Shown: positions 13,891-26,301, counted from the first letter of the whole stretch. The stretch is DNA of 63,395 bases, filler included, from Bigelowiella natans CCMP2755 (GCA_000320545.1; 8 parts of 8 records of this genome joined end to end with filler, not necessarily neighbours in it), one strand, 5' to 3'. Notes: generated by a model from the sequence alone, not told the origin. Program-made: numbers and translations.

Positions 13891-16300
13891 TGGGGTTGTC
13901 TCAAGGTAGCTCCTACATGACTGAGAAGATTGACACACCCTGTAGCATCGTCAAGGATGATGGCCATCGTGTTTGATGAAACTTTCTCTGAGCAGTGTTC
14001 GAATCTGTGGCAAATGAAGTTGTCATCCTGCAGCATCCATCTATTTCAATCAGTGATCTTGTTCTCTCATGTGACCATGTGATGGAAATGCTAGCCACCA
14101 GAAGAAACAGCCCCATTGCCATGGAGCGTGCGGTGGACTTGCCCAGTTGTGTCGTCTCATCGTGCAACACACGACTGGATGAGTCTGGGTGCCGACAGCA
14201 AGCTAGCAAGCGCACTCCTCTGGTCTAGCCAGCGAGTGGCCCTGCTAGCCTGCCTGGATTTTGAAACAGCGCTGGAGCGCGTTCAATTTGATGTGGCTGT
14301 GCAAGCCAGCAATCGCGCCGCAACCAAGTTTTCGTGGGAGAAAGGACATCAAAGCGATGAGGCTTTGATGGCGCAACTCAGCCCCGCACAGCTTTGACCA
14401 GTGTCATTGGTTCACACGCGCTGGCACACACGCACAGCGCCGCCAAACAGCAAGGGCCAGCAAGCTCATTCGCTCGCAACGTGAATCAACGGCGGTGCCA
14501 AATCACGTGCACGCTTGTCCTTCCACAACCAGGCGAAACCCGGGAATTTCACGGTTTCGCATGAGTGTTTCCTGCGTGCAAGAACTCAAGCAATGCAGCG
14601 GCCTGCACGATTTGTGTGCAAAAAAGAACACGTTTTGGCTCACTTGGTTCGAGAAAAAAAAACCAATTTTTGAACGTGCTGGAGGTCAATTTGTGACAGA
14701 ATTTGAAGCCTGAAAAAAATGAAAGCGCAAAGTTTCGAAGTCATCAAACCTGAAAACAAAACTTCGCAGCTTTCTCACTTTCGTCGTGCCTGGTGCTCCC
14801 GGCTGTTGCGAGCCAACAAGCAGGGTGCAACTCGAGGGTCTCTGGTCTCTCGATCATCGAGTTTTTTTTCAACTTGCACGAAGTCAGTCCAACAGTGTCA
14901 GTCAGTTCTGGAGTTGGTTGTTTCGGTGGTGTTGTCTCGTGGCGGACATTGCGAGCGAACGAACGAGTTTGGTGATGACCACACATCCAAAACGTGTCGT
15001 GACGTTTGCAAAGTGCGAAACGCACTGCCTCGAGCTGGTTCTGGCAAGGTCCAAGGTTGAGCATGGCGCCACGACAGAGTTGCAACACTCGCTGCAAACA
15101 CACGTTGGCTCGTGCACAATGCAGGTGCGAAAGTGTGGAAGTTGTGGCGTTGAGTTGGTCGGTTGCTTGGTCAGTTGAGTTGTTTGTCCCGTTCGCATCG
15201 TTGACTTCCCAGCAAGTGTGTGTTTTTTCATCGAAGTGATTTGACATCCCTGTCAGTTTTTTTTTTCAATGAACAATGAACAGTGAGCAATGATGAAAGA
15301 CCACATCTCCAAAGTGTGACAAGACACTTGCAATGTGCGAAGTGCAGTGCCTCGAATTGGCTTCAGTGAGGACTGACTGGCAAAATGGCGGGGTTCGTGC
15401 AAGTTGGCACGAACTGAACATTGGTCAGTCAGCAATTTTGTTCGCATCCTTGACTTCCCCAATGGGACAATGAACAATGAACAATGACAACAAACTGCAC
15501 TTCCAAAGTGCAACAAGACGTTTGCAGTGTGCGAAACGCAGTGCCTCGAACCAACTTTGGTGAGGACCACCTGGTGAAACCAGAAGGAATCAAGAATGGC
15601 ACTCTGGCCACTCCTCCGTTCCCAGTTTCGTTGTCTTTGGTGCCTGATTTTTGCCAACTTCAGGACCACGCATCCCTGAATCCTGCCGTGATGCATGCTT
15701 GGAGATCACCAAGCAAGAACACCGACTTCCCAGCTGTGTCCATGAAGAACAATGAACAATGAACAATGAACAAAGCGTTGATCAAAAACCACGTGCGCCA
15801 GAACCACGTGGGAGCAGTTGGCAGTGGCCCGTGGTTTTCCCTTCACCGTCGGTGTTCGCTTCGTGGAGGAAGCACATGCGTGCGCACGGCCTGTCCCCCC
15901 GGCACACACTGACACTCACGCCCGTTTTTTGCATCACTGTGCACTCAATGTCAGTGATTTTTGAGAAGAGCAGGATCTCACTGTCCCCAAAATGTTGACG
16001 CCTCCAACGGCCTGCGACGAAACCATGAAACCAGTCAGTTGGTCAGTCAGTCATTCTGTTCGCGTCCTTGACTTCCCAGCTGTGTTTTTTCACCGAAGTG
16101 ATTTTCACAGTGGATGTTGTCTCGTGACGGACATTGCGAAAGTCAGAAATCCATGAACAAATGCCATCGATTTCTTGGCTCATGGGACAAACATTTTTTT
16201 TTTTTTTGCGAGGTTCACTGATGTTTGGAGTGATTGTTGTGGAACATGTTGCATTTTGATAGGGATGGTGAGGTAAAATTTTGTCACATGAACATCCAAA
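13891..16300 (-). mobile_element. Cluster of degenerate LINE-like 3' ends, same family as island 1; TpA-free island 2
   Basis: Modules near 14985, 15305 and 15500 align by eye with 5145-5270 and 5480-5610. (AACAATG)n tails at 15268-15292, 15467-15490 and 15748-15772. Segments 15190-15245 and 16060-16105 are internal duplicates. Confidence 0.7.
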
Positions 16301-16335
16301 AAATTAGGTGATGTAACAACGACAAAAAAAAACAC

Positions 16336-16486
<151 letters not shown>

Positions 16487-16623
16487 ACCAACACTGTAGA
16501 GCAAGAGGAAGAAAGAAAGGAAGGAAGGGAGGAGGAAGATAAAGAACCAACAAGATCGAGTGGTAGGAAGAACAAGAGGAATAGGAGGAACAACAAGAGC
16601 GTTCCAAGGAAATTAAATCCCTG

Positions 16624-17913
16624 ATGTCCATGTTCAACCTGTTCAAAGCATCTCCCGAGCAGCAACAAATCCAAGAAGCCACGGTAAACAACACAAAGAG
16701 TGTCATCTTATTGTTTTAGTGACTGAAACCCATCACAAGTAGATTAAGGATTAATGGACTGCTAATACTGTTATCTTGATAGAATCCTGACAACTTGGAC
16801 GATGATTGGAAGGCCTACCTTGAAATTAGTGACAAGATCAAAATCGCCCCCGACAAGTAAGTGGTAGTCCAGCATGTTCTTTCAACCCTTCTCTTCACGG
16901 CACTTCTCGATAATCTGTGATAGGGGACGAAAACTTCTAAAAGCGATCTTGAAAAGAGCGCAACACAAAGACGAGAGACAAGCTTGCTTTGCACTCACGG
17001 TAGTAGTAGCAGCAGCAGCAGTAAGTAGTAGAAGTAGTACGTGCATGCACTATTACACGTGATGATGCAATAATACTCTAGAAATGGTCGTCGGAGCACA
17101 TGATTTTGCATTATTATTCAACTTACATGATATGGCGGTGATTACTGAGGTTCCAATTGTCTCGTCTACTGCTAGCTACTATCCTTAAGCATAACAATTG
17201 TCCTATTCTTCGCTTCTGTGTACGTTGCGGAGGAGAACTTGCAGTATTAGTTGAAAGTGGTGTCAAAACGACTTAGTAGTTGCACTTATTTTGCCACAGT
17301 TACTAGGTTCCTGCGTAGCGAACGATGATATCGGCAACTTTCATGATGTAGTCGCAACAGACCAAGCCTTAAACGTACTCGTTAAATTGGGGAAGAAGGC
17401 AAAATCCTTCAATGTTCGCGACAAGGCATTGGCCCTCATTCGAAAATGGGCTGAGGAGTTTTCAAGAGTACATCGTTATCCAATATTCAACAGCAAGTAC
17501 AGGTTGCTCTCAACTTCCTTTCTGGAGCGACCTATCGATTGTTTGTCGTTTATGCCTCCTCAATGAATGACGCTATTATCACCAATGGATACAACAACAA
17601 CTGCCAATGCTTTCTTGCTATCACCAATGAATATAACAACTGCCAATGCTTTCTTGACATCGTCGTTTTTCTTTCTTTGATTCTTTCCTCAGAGGAATGT
17701 TAAAGGAGGGCGTTGTATTCCCCGATGTAGGCAATGATGCTCCTGTGTTGACGCCTCAGCCTTCTCACGATCCAAATGCTGCTCAGGATGGCGATGATGA
17801 AGGCGGTATCTATTCTCTCCACTGATATGAAATAGCATTCAAAGCAAAGAGGGGATGTTATGGTGGCCTAGTTATGATGTTTTTCATTTTGTTGCAGAGC
17901 GGATGGAACATGT

Positions 17914-17949
<36 letters not shown>

Positions 17950-18431
17950 GCGTCTTATCTCGAAGATTCACTACCATCAACAATGACACATGAATCCTTA
18001 TTACAGACGAAAAGAAGACGTACAACAGCTCGAATACTCAATACATTTTCAAACTGAAGAATGATCTGTTGGTAAGTTTGCTGCGGTTTTTACGTGACAT
18101 TATGGGTCATCCACTAATGGCCTGATCGTTGTGAATTGATATAATCAGCATTGTGTAATTATCTACATCTTTCTCCACGAGCAGCACATGTGTTGTCAGC
18201 ATGTATGATATGACTAATGATTTTGTATTCCAATGCAGCAATCTGTTATATTATTCAACACATTCCAACAACACACACACACTCACACACACTCACACAC
18301 ACTCACACACACACACACACACACACATGCTACTACATTGTAAACAGGCACTCTTTGATTATATAAATACGTGCAGGGCTTTATTAAAGCCCATAGCCTC
18401 CCAGTAAGTGAATTACATGCCATTTTCCAAA

Positions 18432-18487
<56 letters not shown>

Positions 18488-19810
18488 CCACCATTGGTCA
18501 AGTATGACACATCATCTATCGAATGATTAGGTACAAAGGAAGAAAGGTTGAGAAACATGAGATTCTTATGCAAATGACAGCTCCTTTCCTTGAGATTCAA
18601 GTAAGTACCAGTATCATAGCATATTATTGTCATTATCGTACATGCAATAGCAATATTAAGGATGATGGATGTGGCGTTCTTCTTCTTCTTCTTCTTCTTC
18701 TTCTTCTGCTACTACTACTACTACTACTACTACTACATAATCAATGATAACAAATACAAATATAGTGTGAATTCGAGATGAGCTGCTGGTGCTGTGGATG
18801 TGTAATGCTACTGATGAGTTGTTATCTCTGCTATTAGTTTTTCTTCCATCTTTCTTTTTTTAAGTAAACGACGTTCGATGTTCTTCTGTTCCTACTCCGT
18901 GTTACAGTCAAGGCTCAATACCCTCATCGTTACTCTTCAAACTGAGAAATTGGTATTATTATACAAATAGCATTTGTATGTATGTAGTGGTATCATTGTG
19001 TATTCACCAATTGTATGTATGTAGTGTTATTATTGTGTGGTTGGTAGGGACGGTATAATGGCTACAACTGTCATAATAATGCCTCTGCTTATTACGTGTA
19101 TTACAGCATTGTAGCCTTCGCATAATTGTTGCTGTTGTCGTCTTTGCTTCTATTTTTACTCGTCACGAATGACTATTGTCATTTGTTGGGTTATCATCAT
19201 AATGAGCGGGATACTATGTATATTATTATTGTTATTATTATCATTATTATTAGATCGATCTTACACTGAAGCTGGGAGAGGAGGTACTACAATAATTTGT
19301 ACGGATCAATATCATTTATGAATACTAATCATGATTAACTAGGAGTGGTAGTTATTACTACTATTATTAGTAACAATAATTTTGAAATAGGATTGGCAGC
19401 ATTAGCATATCATCAGTAGATGGGAAAGCTGGGGGAGTTTTGTATTTCTAACATGATATTCTCATCATCAGAAAGTCTTTGATCTTCTCTACTCTCCACT
19501 TGAATACTTAGTAGCTGGTTTCTTTTGATGATTACTACACTACATACTTCTTCCTCCTCCTCCTCCTCCTCCTCAGGTCCACCTTACAGTTGAATGGATT
19601 AATGCAATTCAGCAGGTTGTTATATGATATACTACTATCACGACTACCACTACCAGTACTATGTTCTACTACACTTAGAAGGAGGGGAAGGAAGGAGGCA
19701 ACAACTGAATTATCGCAATACCAATGCTTGCAGTAGTGCAAACCTGTACCAGTAGAACCACCAATTGCTAATAACATTCTATTACCCTAACACCGCATTG
19801 AGCGTCATCG

Positions 19811-19841
<31 letters not shown>

Positions 19842-20412
19842 TGCCATCGTCATCTAAGGGTCGCGACATAAAACCTCTTGGAGATGTTTCATTTCCAATG
19901 GTACTATTGCCTTTATTATCGCCGTTAGTAGTAGTAGTAGTAGTAAGTAGTTGTAGTTGACCGTGATGATAGATGTAATCAGAATAGCATAAATGAGTGT
20001 GCCACATGTGTGTATAGTGAGTGAGTGAGTGAGTGTGTGTGTGTGTGTGCTCTGATTTGTATTAATATTATACTACTGCCACTACTACACTGTGTTTTAG
20101 TAATTACATTAAGAATGTTAGAAATTTAATAGTTTATAGGCACTGAGAAATAGCTTCATTTAGGGAGAGGTGGTGGATGATAATGAGGAAAAAAAGAAAG
20201 AAGCGAAGGAAAACAAAACAGCGGCAAGTGACCAAAATGTCGCCGACAGCAACGATGACAACCACAACGACGCATTTGCTATGCTTGCAAGGAGAAGAGA
20301 GAAGAAGGAGAGTGAGCATAAACAGCAGCAGCAGCAGATGCAGACGACAACAACGAAACAACAAGGGTCAAATCACGATATTTTAGGGATTCTGGGAGGT
20401 AAGTCGTCGTCA

Positions 20413-20444
<32 letters not shown>

Positions 20445-21251
20445 GTTTTCTTCAATAATATGTTTACTGAGACTACATAGTCATCATCATCATCATCATC
20501 ATCATTTGATCGTTAATCATGTAATTATTGAAACTACATAGTACTTTCTGTCTTCTCTGTCATTTATCTTGTAGTAGTAGTGGTAGTAGTAGTAGTAGTT
20601 GTTGTTGTTGTTGTTGTTGTTGTAGATTTACTCCATCATTTTCCTTCTCATCCATCCATCATGGATCCTACGCACACCCTACCCACCTAAAATTCCTTTC
20701 AATCAAATCTACATACAGCAGCAGAAAATAAGGACAACAACTCAAATTCTGGCATTGTTGCTGGTACGGGTGCTGGAGAGCAACCCACGACGACACTAGA
20801 AGACCTACTTGGAACAACAGCTAGCCTTCATAGTGGAACCAATGGTGCTGTAGCTGCTGCTCCTGCTGCTCCTGCTGCTCCTGCTGCTCCTGCTGCACAA
20901 GAAAGTAATCATTTAACTACAACTGCTACAATTGCGAAGAAGTCTTCGCAACAAGATATACCAGGGGGGATTATTCCTTCTTGTAACTAACAATACTGCA
21001 CAATAATATCAACATGATCATCCATTTCTTGTTTATGTTCTCATCCTCTCTTTTGGAAAATGTTTCCTCCCCCACTTAATACGTGTTGTCGTTCAAATAT
21101 TTGAGGGATACTACACGAAGTTGAATGACTATTTTCGTCGCATTTTACACTTATTGAATCATGTCGATGTTGATCAGCACATCACCAAATCTCCGAGGAA
21201 GAGTTAAGTAAAGTCCTAGATCTAAGCGACTTGAGCACGCCTACGAGTTAG
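16624..21251 (+). CDS. VHS-GAT domain protein (TOM1/TOL-like endosomal sorting adaptor); multi-exon
   Basis: MSMFNLFKASPEQQQIQEAT-NPDNLDDDWKAYLEISDKI..LLKAILKRAQHKDERQACFALT-LLGSCVAN..FHDVVAT..VRDKALALIRKWAEEF..GVVFPD..APVLTPQP is the VHS signature. It is followed by GAT-like helical exons and a low-complexity tail ending SEEELSKVLDLSDLSTPTS*. Confidence 0.85.
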
Positions 21252-21599
21252 CAGCTTTCCGTCTATCATGAGCCCGATAACGAGGAAATGTTCTCCTGAT
21301 TTCAACGGCTAACAATGTAAATACAAAATCTCAAAAAAACATCGATCAAATTGGTGACATCACAGCAGGTTGTCAACTTCTTGTGTTGGCACGAGAAGAA
21401 GTACTCTATTCTCATGGATAGTGAAGCTAGGAAGGTGGCAAATGGAAGGAGGATGACCTCATCCGATTTTTGACAACACTCATCCCAATCCCGGGCTTTT
21501 AGACGCGATCAAGGAGATGATGGGCGCGGGAGGTGATGAAATTTTCGCTATCGTTACCATTGTGATGGGAACATCACAAGTGCTAGAATGAACCACTGC

Positions 21600-22330
21600 T
21601 CAGTAGCTAAACTGAGACATGTCATGCTACCCTGGATGAGTTTAGGTTCTCTCTTTGTTCCACAAGTGCATTCAAGTTCTTCATTCACAGACATCTCTAG
21701 ACCTGCTAAACATGCACACACGTGGCACATGTCTACGCCATGGCAGGCATGCTAGCATGTGTTGTGTCCACCCACACGGCAACCTAGCACTCTGTGGCTA
21801 GTCACAGCACTTCATCGCGCACGATGCTTGATTGCGTGTTCACGTAGCTAACTAGCTAATTGCAGACGGCAGACAAAGAATGCAAAGACAACAGACCATG
21901 ATGCACACGCTAGCACGTCTAGATGTGCGCCGCTAACAATCTAGTGATGCATCGCTGTGTCTTGAGGTGTCACAGTTGCGCACTGTTCCAGCATTCCACC
22001 TTGGACATCATGCATGCATTCTGTCTAGCTATCTAGCTGTGTCCATGTTGGAATGTGCACACCGTTTTGATGCTAGGATGCCTAGACATGACAAGCTTGC
22101 CACTCTGGCACTCCACACGCTAGCACGCAGTGCCACGCAGCCACGATGCATGGACATGATCTAGACGATGGCATTTCTAGAATTGAATGCTCGACACGTC
22201 TAGACGTGCACGCACATGCATGCACCTCCACTAGCCTAGTTCGCTAGCTAGCTAGACCCATTTCGCCATCATGCTAGCATTGTGCATGTGTGCCACTGTT
22301 CGCTGTACATTCACATGCACTTTACTTTTC
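21600..22330. other. TpA-eroded, CTAG-rich intergenic island 3 between convergent genes
   Basis: Residual TA occurs almost only as CTAG, CTA or TAG. CATG, TGCA and GCAC are abundant. (CTAG)3 at 22244-22255. Confidence 0.8.
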
Positions 22331-22478
22331 CAGCGAAGCAATGGTAATTTGGCCAACTTACAACTAATTAATTCAATCGCCGATGACTATTGCCAAGTCA
22401 ACATTTAGCTTACTCTGTGGCAGTTGCTTTCTGTCTATCCATCATCACTGATGATGATGGAAAATGAGAGAATGGTGA

Positions 22479-24209
22479 TTACACATTATTTATCACATCG
22501 AGAATAGCTTTAGCCAAATATTCTGCTTTTGATATGGGAAGGCCAGCCATTGATATCCGACCTGATTTCATCATATAGATGTGATAGTGATTCCTGAGAT
22601 ATGCTACTTGCTTCTCTGTAAGTCCTGTGTAGGTGAACATGCCCTTCTGCTCTGTAATGTAGCCCCAATCTCTATCTGGAGCTAGATCATTGAGGCATTT
22701 GCTCAATGCGCTACGTACCTCTAATATGCGAGAAGCCATCGTTTTGATTTCTCTTTCCCATTCATGACGTAGCTGTTCATCACCAAGGACCTCGGCGACA
22801 ACACGTGCACCGTGCGCCGGGGGATTTGAATAAATTGCCCTTCCTATGCGTTTACACTGTGACTGGACGCGACTAGCAGTCTCTCCATCAGCTAAAAAGA
22901 ACTGTAAAGTTCCAATTCTCTCCGAATACAGACCGAGATTTTTAGCAAAGCTTTGTGCTGCTACTAGCTCGATGTCCATATCTTTGAATAATCTAGGGAC
23001 ATATGCATCTCTATCTAAGTCGCCACTTACAAATCCCTGATATGCAACATCAAAGAATGGAAACAAGTTATTCTTCCGCACAATATCTGCAACTTGGCGC
23101 CATTGATGTGGAGTAGGGTCGACGCCGGTAGGATTATGAGCACAAGCGTGCAAGAGAATAATTGAACCCTCAGGAGCGCTGCGTAGGTCTTCTAACATTC
23201 CTGAAATGTCGAGTGATTTAGAGGAAGGATCCCAGTAACGATACTCCTCCACTTTCATACTTGCATCTTCAAAGATATTTCTGTGATTAGCCCAAGTCGG
23301 ATTGGAAATGAAGATGCTCTTCCCAGGCATGAATCTAGTGAAAAACTCTGCTCCTAACCGGAGCGATCCTGTGCCAGATATGGACTGGATGACAGCAATT
23401 CGTGGATCTTTCCATGCTTCTCGCCCCCATAATACTTCTGCAGCCGCTTTCCGAAACTCAGGCAGCCCATCAATGGGGAGATACTCCTTATTAATATCTG
23501 ACCGTTCAACCACGATGCGACGCTCAGCTTCTTTCACAACATTGAGCACATAAGGCTGCAGTTCTTCAGTGCGGTAGGCCCCAACTCCCAGATTCAGCTT
23601 CAAAGCATGATTGGAATCAGCAGCGAAGGCCTCATTTAGTCCAAAAACAGGATCTAGCGGTTGCATAGGTACACCAACAAAACGTGACAATGAAGACGAG
23701 CCCCTCTGCTGTGCTTTGGATGTTACAGAACCAGACGGAAGGGAATCTTCAGCTCCTGAATTTATTGCGAGGTTTGTCTTCCTCCTCCTCCTCCTCCTTC
23801 CCCAACTGAATCCGTCGTAGTTTTTTTGGTTTTTCTTATTCAGATTGTATCGATTAAATAGCCTGCTACTGCTAGATCGAATTCCAGAACAGGTGAAGGG
23901 AAAACTCGGAGAGGAAGAAAAAGAAGGCGATGCAAGTTTGGAGGATGATGACGACGACGTCATAATAGCTGATGGCACAGCATTAGCAGTATAATTGAAA
24001 GGTGTAAGGGGAAGGAGAAGGCCAAAGATGATGCAGCTAAATACAATCAAGATGCCCAATGCAGTATTTGCGGATGGCTGTTTTGGCAGCGAACTTTCTC
24101 TTCTTCGACTCCTCATTTCACCACTTCGGACCGCCGGTGCACAACGTTTATGGTTGGTGCGAAATCCAATGTGTTGTTGTTGTTCAGGATTTTTGGTCAC
24201 CATCGGCAT
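22479..24209 (-). CDS. ASP5: Aspartate aminotransferase (class I PLP), plastid type, with bipartite targeting leader; intronless
   Basis: 576-aa ORF. KLNLGVGAYRTEELQPYVLNVVK resembles plant/green-algal plastid AspAT. Also HACAHNPTGVDPT, FFDVAYQGF, the PLP lysine in SFAKNLGLY, and GRISMAG. The N-terminus has a hydrophobic segment (ALGILIVFSCIIFGLLL) followed by an S/R-rich transit-like region. Confidence 0.95.
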   Translation of the reverse strand: MPMVTKNPEQQQHIGFRTNHKRCAPAVRSGEMRSRRRESSLPKQPSANTALGILIVFSCIIFGLLLPLTPFNYTANAVPSAIMTSSSSSSKLASPSFSSSPSFPFTCSGIRSSSSRLFNRYNLNKKNQKNYDGFSWGRRRRRRKTNLAINSGAEDSLPSGSVTSKAQQRGSSSLSRFVGVPMQPLDPVFGLNEAFAADSNHALKLNLGVGAYRTEELQPYVLNVVKEAERRIVVERSDINKEYLPIDGLPEFRKAAAEVLWGREAWKDPRIAVIQSISGTGSLRLGAEFFTRFMPGKSIFISNPTWANHRNIFEDASMKVEEYRYWDPSSKSLDISGMLEDLRSAPEGSIILLHACAHNPTGVDPTPHQWRQVADIVRKNNLFPFFDVAYQGFVSGDLDRDAYVPRLFKDMDIELVAAQSFAKNLGLYSERIGTLQFFLADGETASRVQSQCKRIGRAIYSNPPAHGARVVAEVLGDEQLRHEWEREIKTMASRILEVRSALSKCLNDLAPDRDWGYITEQKGMFTYTGLTEKQVAYLRNHYHIYMMKSGRISMAGLPISKAEYLAKAILDVINNV

Positions 24210-24568
24210 TCATACCACCTTTTCGACGACTATGGTACTCTATGGATGTGCGTGGGAACTGGTATTCTAACAATGTAATGAACTTCTTGTATTTAGTTGT
24301 TTCAAACAATCTTTCTTCCACGTGTGAGGAATGCAACCTGATGCTTATGTACGAAGATTTATGGCAAAATACTTCCCAGGAACGACCTCACTCTGATACG
24401 ATATCTGATGAGCACAGTGTGATGTCGTAAAAATGTGATTGAGGTGTGGGGCAAGCGTTCCTTTCCCTCCTCCTCCTCCTCCTCCTCCTCCTCCCACTTC
24501 TTCTACTTTTTTCCTCCTCCCCGAGGATGATGATAGTGAGGCAGATGAGGAATGAGACTACTACTACA

Positions 24569-24602
<34 letters not shown>

Positions 24603-24817
24603 TGAGTACTTCTTAATAATACCCTAAAAACATCTGAATAAATTGTTCCAAAACAACCAACATGATGGTACTAGATCTACAGTGCGCACAACAACAATTA
24701 AATAGCCGTAGGCCATCAAAAGTCATTCACACATTGTACCGATCTTGACAGTTAGTAACGGGATTACCACCGGTACTGCCACCCTTCTACAGTACCGTAC
24801 TTCTGGGTTCCGTAATC

Positions 24818-25674
24818 ATGGGTTCCATCGGAACCCAGGTAAGGTGATGTGTTACGTATGTGCTCCTAGAATATTCTCCTTCTCACATCTCTCACCTCGT
24901 ATTAGATAAGGAAGTAAGGGAAAGAAGTGGAACAATCATGGAAGTCCGTACCAAATATTACCTCTTCTCCAGGGGCTTGTCACTCGTTTTCGGATGAGTT
25001 GTATTTAAGTTGTTTATCTTTTTCTTTTTGGATCATTCATTTTCTATCTTGAATGGAAGGTATCTCTCAAGACGCTGAAAGGCAAACTTATGACTGTCAA
25101 GGTGTGTTTTAGCACTGCTTGGTTTGAACTAGCAATCGAATTAGCAACGAATCGACAACTAAACGATGAGTAAACTCTTCCTTCCTATTCTCCTTTTTTG
25201 TTGGTAGGTTGTGAACCCAAGCAGCAACGTGGTAATAAGAGGCAGACAGTTTTCAAGAAATAAGCTGTATCATTTATTTACGAATCAAAATTGATTGTGC
25301 AACTTGCATTTCATGAATATACAGCTTGAGCTAAAGCAGATGGTCCTTCCTTCTATTCTTGGAGCAACGAAAGGCGAAGAATTCGGAAGAATACGTCTCG
25401 TTTGGAAAGGAAAGGTCGGACTTAGAGTAGTAGTAGTACCCACCCACCCTAGTGGCTAGATGGGTGATTTTATCGAGAAGACGGATGAAAAGCTAATCCA
25501 GAACTGTGAATATGATTCCTGGTGGTCACCACTATCACCGTTATCATCATTATCATCATCATCATCATCATCAGTAGGTTCAGAATAAGCTCAGATGTGT
25601 TGTTATTGTGTGTAGCCCCTGAAAGATGGAGATGTACTTGCAGCTCTCAACCTCCCGACACCAGGGAGCTCTGA
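24818..25674 (+). CDS. N-terminal ubiquitin-like domain protein, truncated by the contig end
   Basis: Exons MGSIGTQ-VSLKTLKGKLMTVK-VVNPSSNV-LELKQMV..RIRLVWKGK-PLKDGDVLAALNL match the UBL pattern (KTLxG, RLIxxGK, LxD). Confidence 0.75.
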
Positions 25675-25694
25675 GTAAGTTGTAAACAAACACA

Positions 25695-25755
<61 letters not shown>

Positions 25756-25855
25756 NNNNNNNNNNNNNNNNNNNNNNNNNNNNNNNNNNNNNNNNNNNNT
25801 TAATTAATTAANNNNNNNNNNNNNNNNNNNNNNNNNNNNNNNNNNNNNNNNNNNN
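25756..25855. other. Artificial contig linker 44N-TTAATTAATTAA-44N (stops in all six frames)
   Basis: The identical 100-nt linker also occurs at 38276-38375, 42630-42729, 46658-46757, 50450-50549, 60099-60198 and 61770-61869. Genes do not continue across it. Confidence 0.97.
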
Positions 25856-26050
25856 ATCCGGAAAGCAGCTCGACCTAAAGTGAGACAAACAGCAAAGGTA
25901 ATTAGCCGCTATGGTTTATTTGATTTGATGACTCAATCGTGATGGAAGCAAAGAGGCAGGGAGGACTGATTTATGCAATTTAGCCGAACTACCCTTGTAG
26001 CTATGCTATTGTCCCTATGTGAACGCGTGATTTTATGTGTGTTTTTGTGC

Positions 26051-26091
<41 letters not shown>

Positions 26092-26301
26092 AATGACGTT
26101 GCTTTTTGTGTAAATTGTGATTTGTTTGCGCCACTACATTTCGCGGCCCGCTTGCCCGGAGCGGATACCTAGTTATGGAGGTTGATGGTAAGAGGTATAA
26201 AGAGAGGTAGAGAGAGATGCGGGGGGGGAGAGAGGAATTAGGGCGAAAGGGTCCAGCGTTATTAGAACACACGAAGTCGTTTCTCGAGCACACACACCAT
26301 T

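Noticed and set aside
14248-16259. Classical RIP or CpG-methylation decay as the cause of the TG/CA excess
   Set aside because: RIP would create TpA. CpG decay would deplete CG, which is plentiful and conserved between copies here, and would not remove TpA.
25800-25811. TTAATTAATTAA recurring seven times (PacI-like or TTAA target motif)
   Set aside because: It is always centred in 44N+44N, so it is a synthetic six-frame-stop linker. Gene neighbourhoods across it are meaningless.
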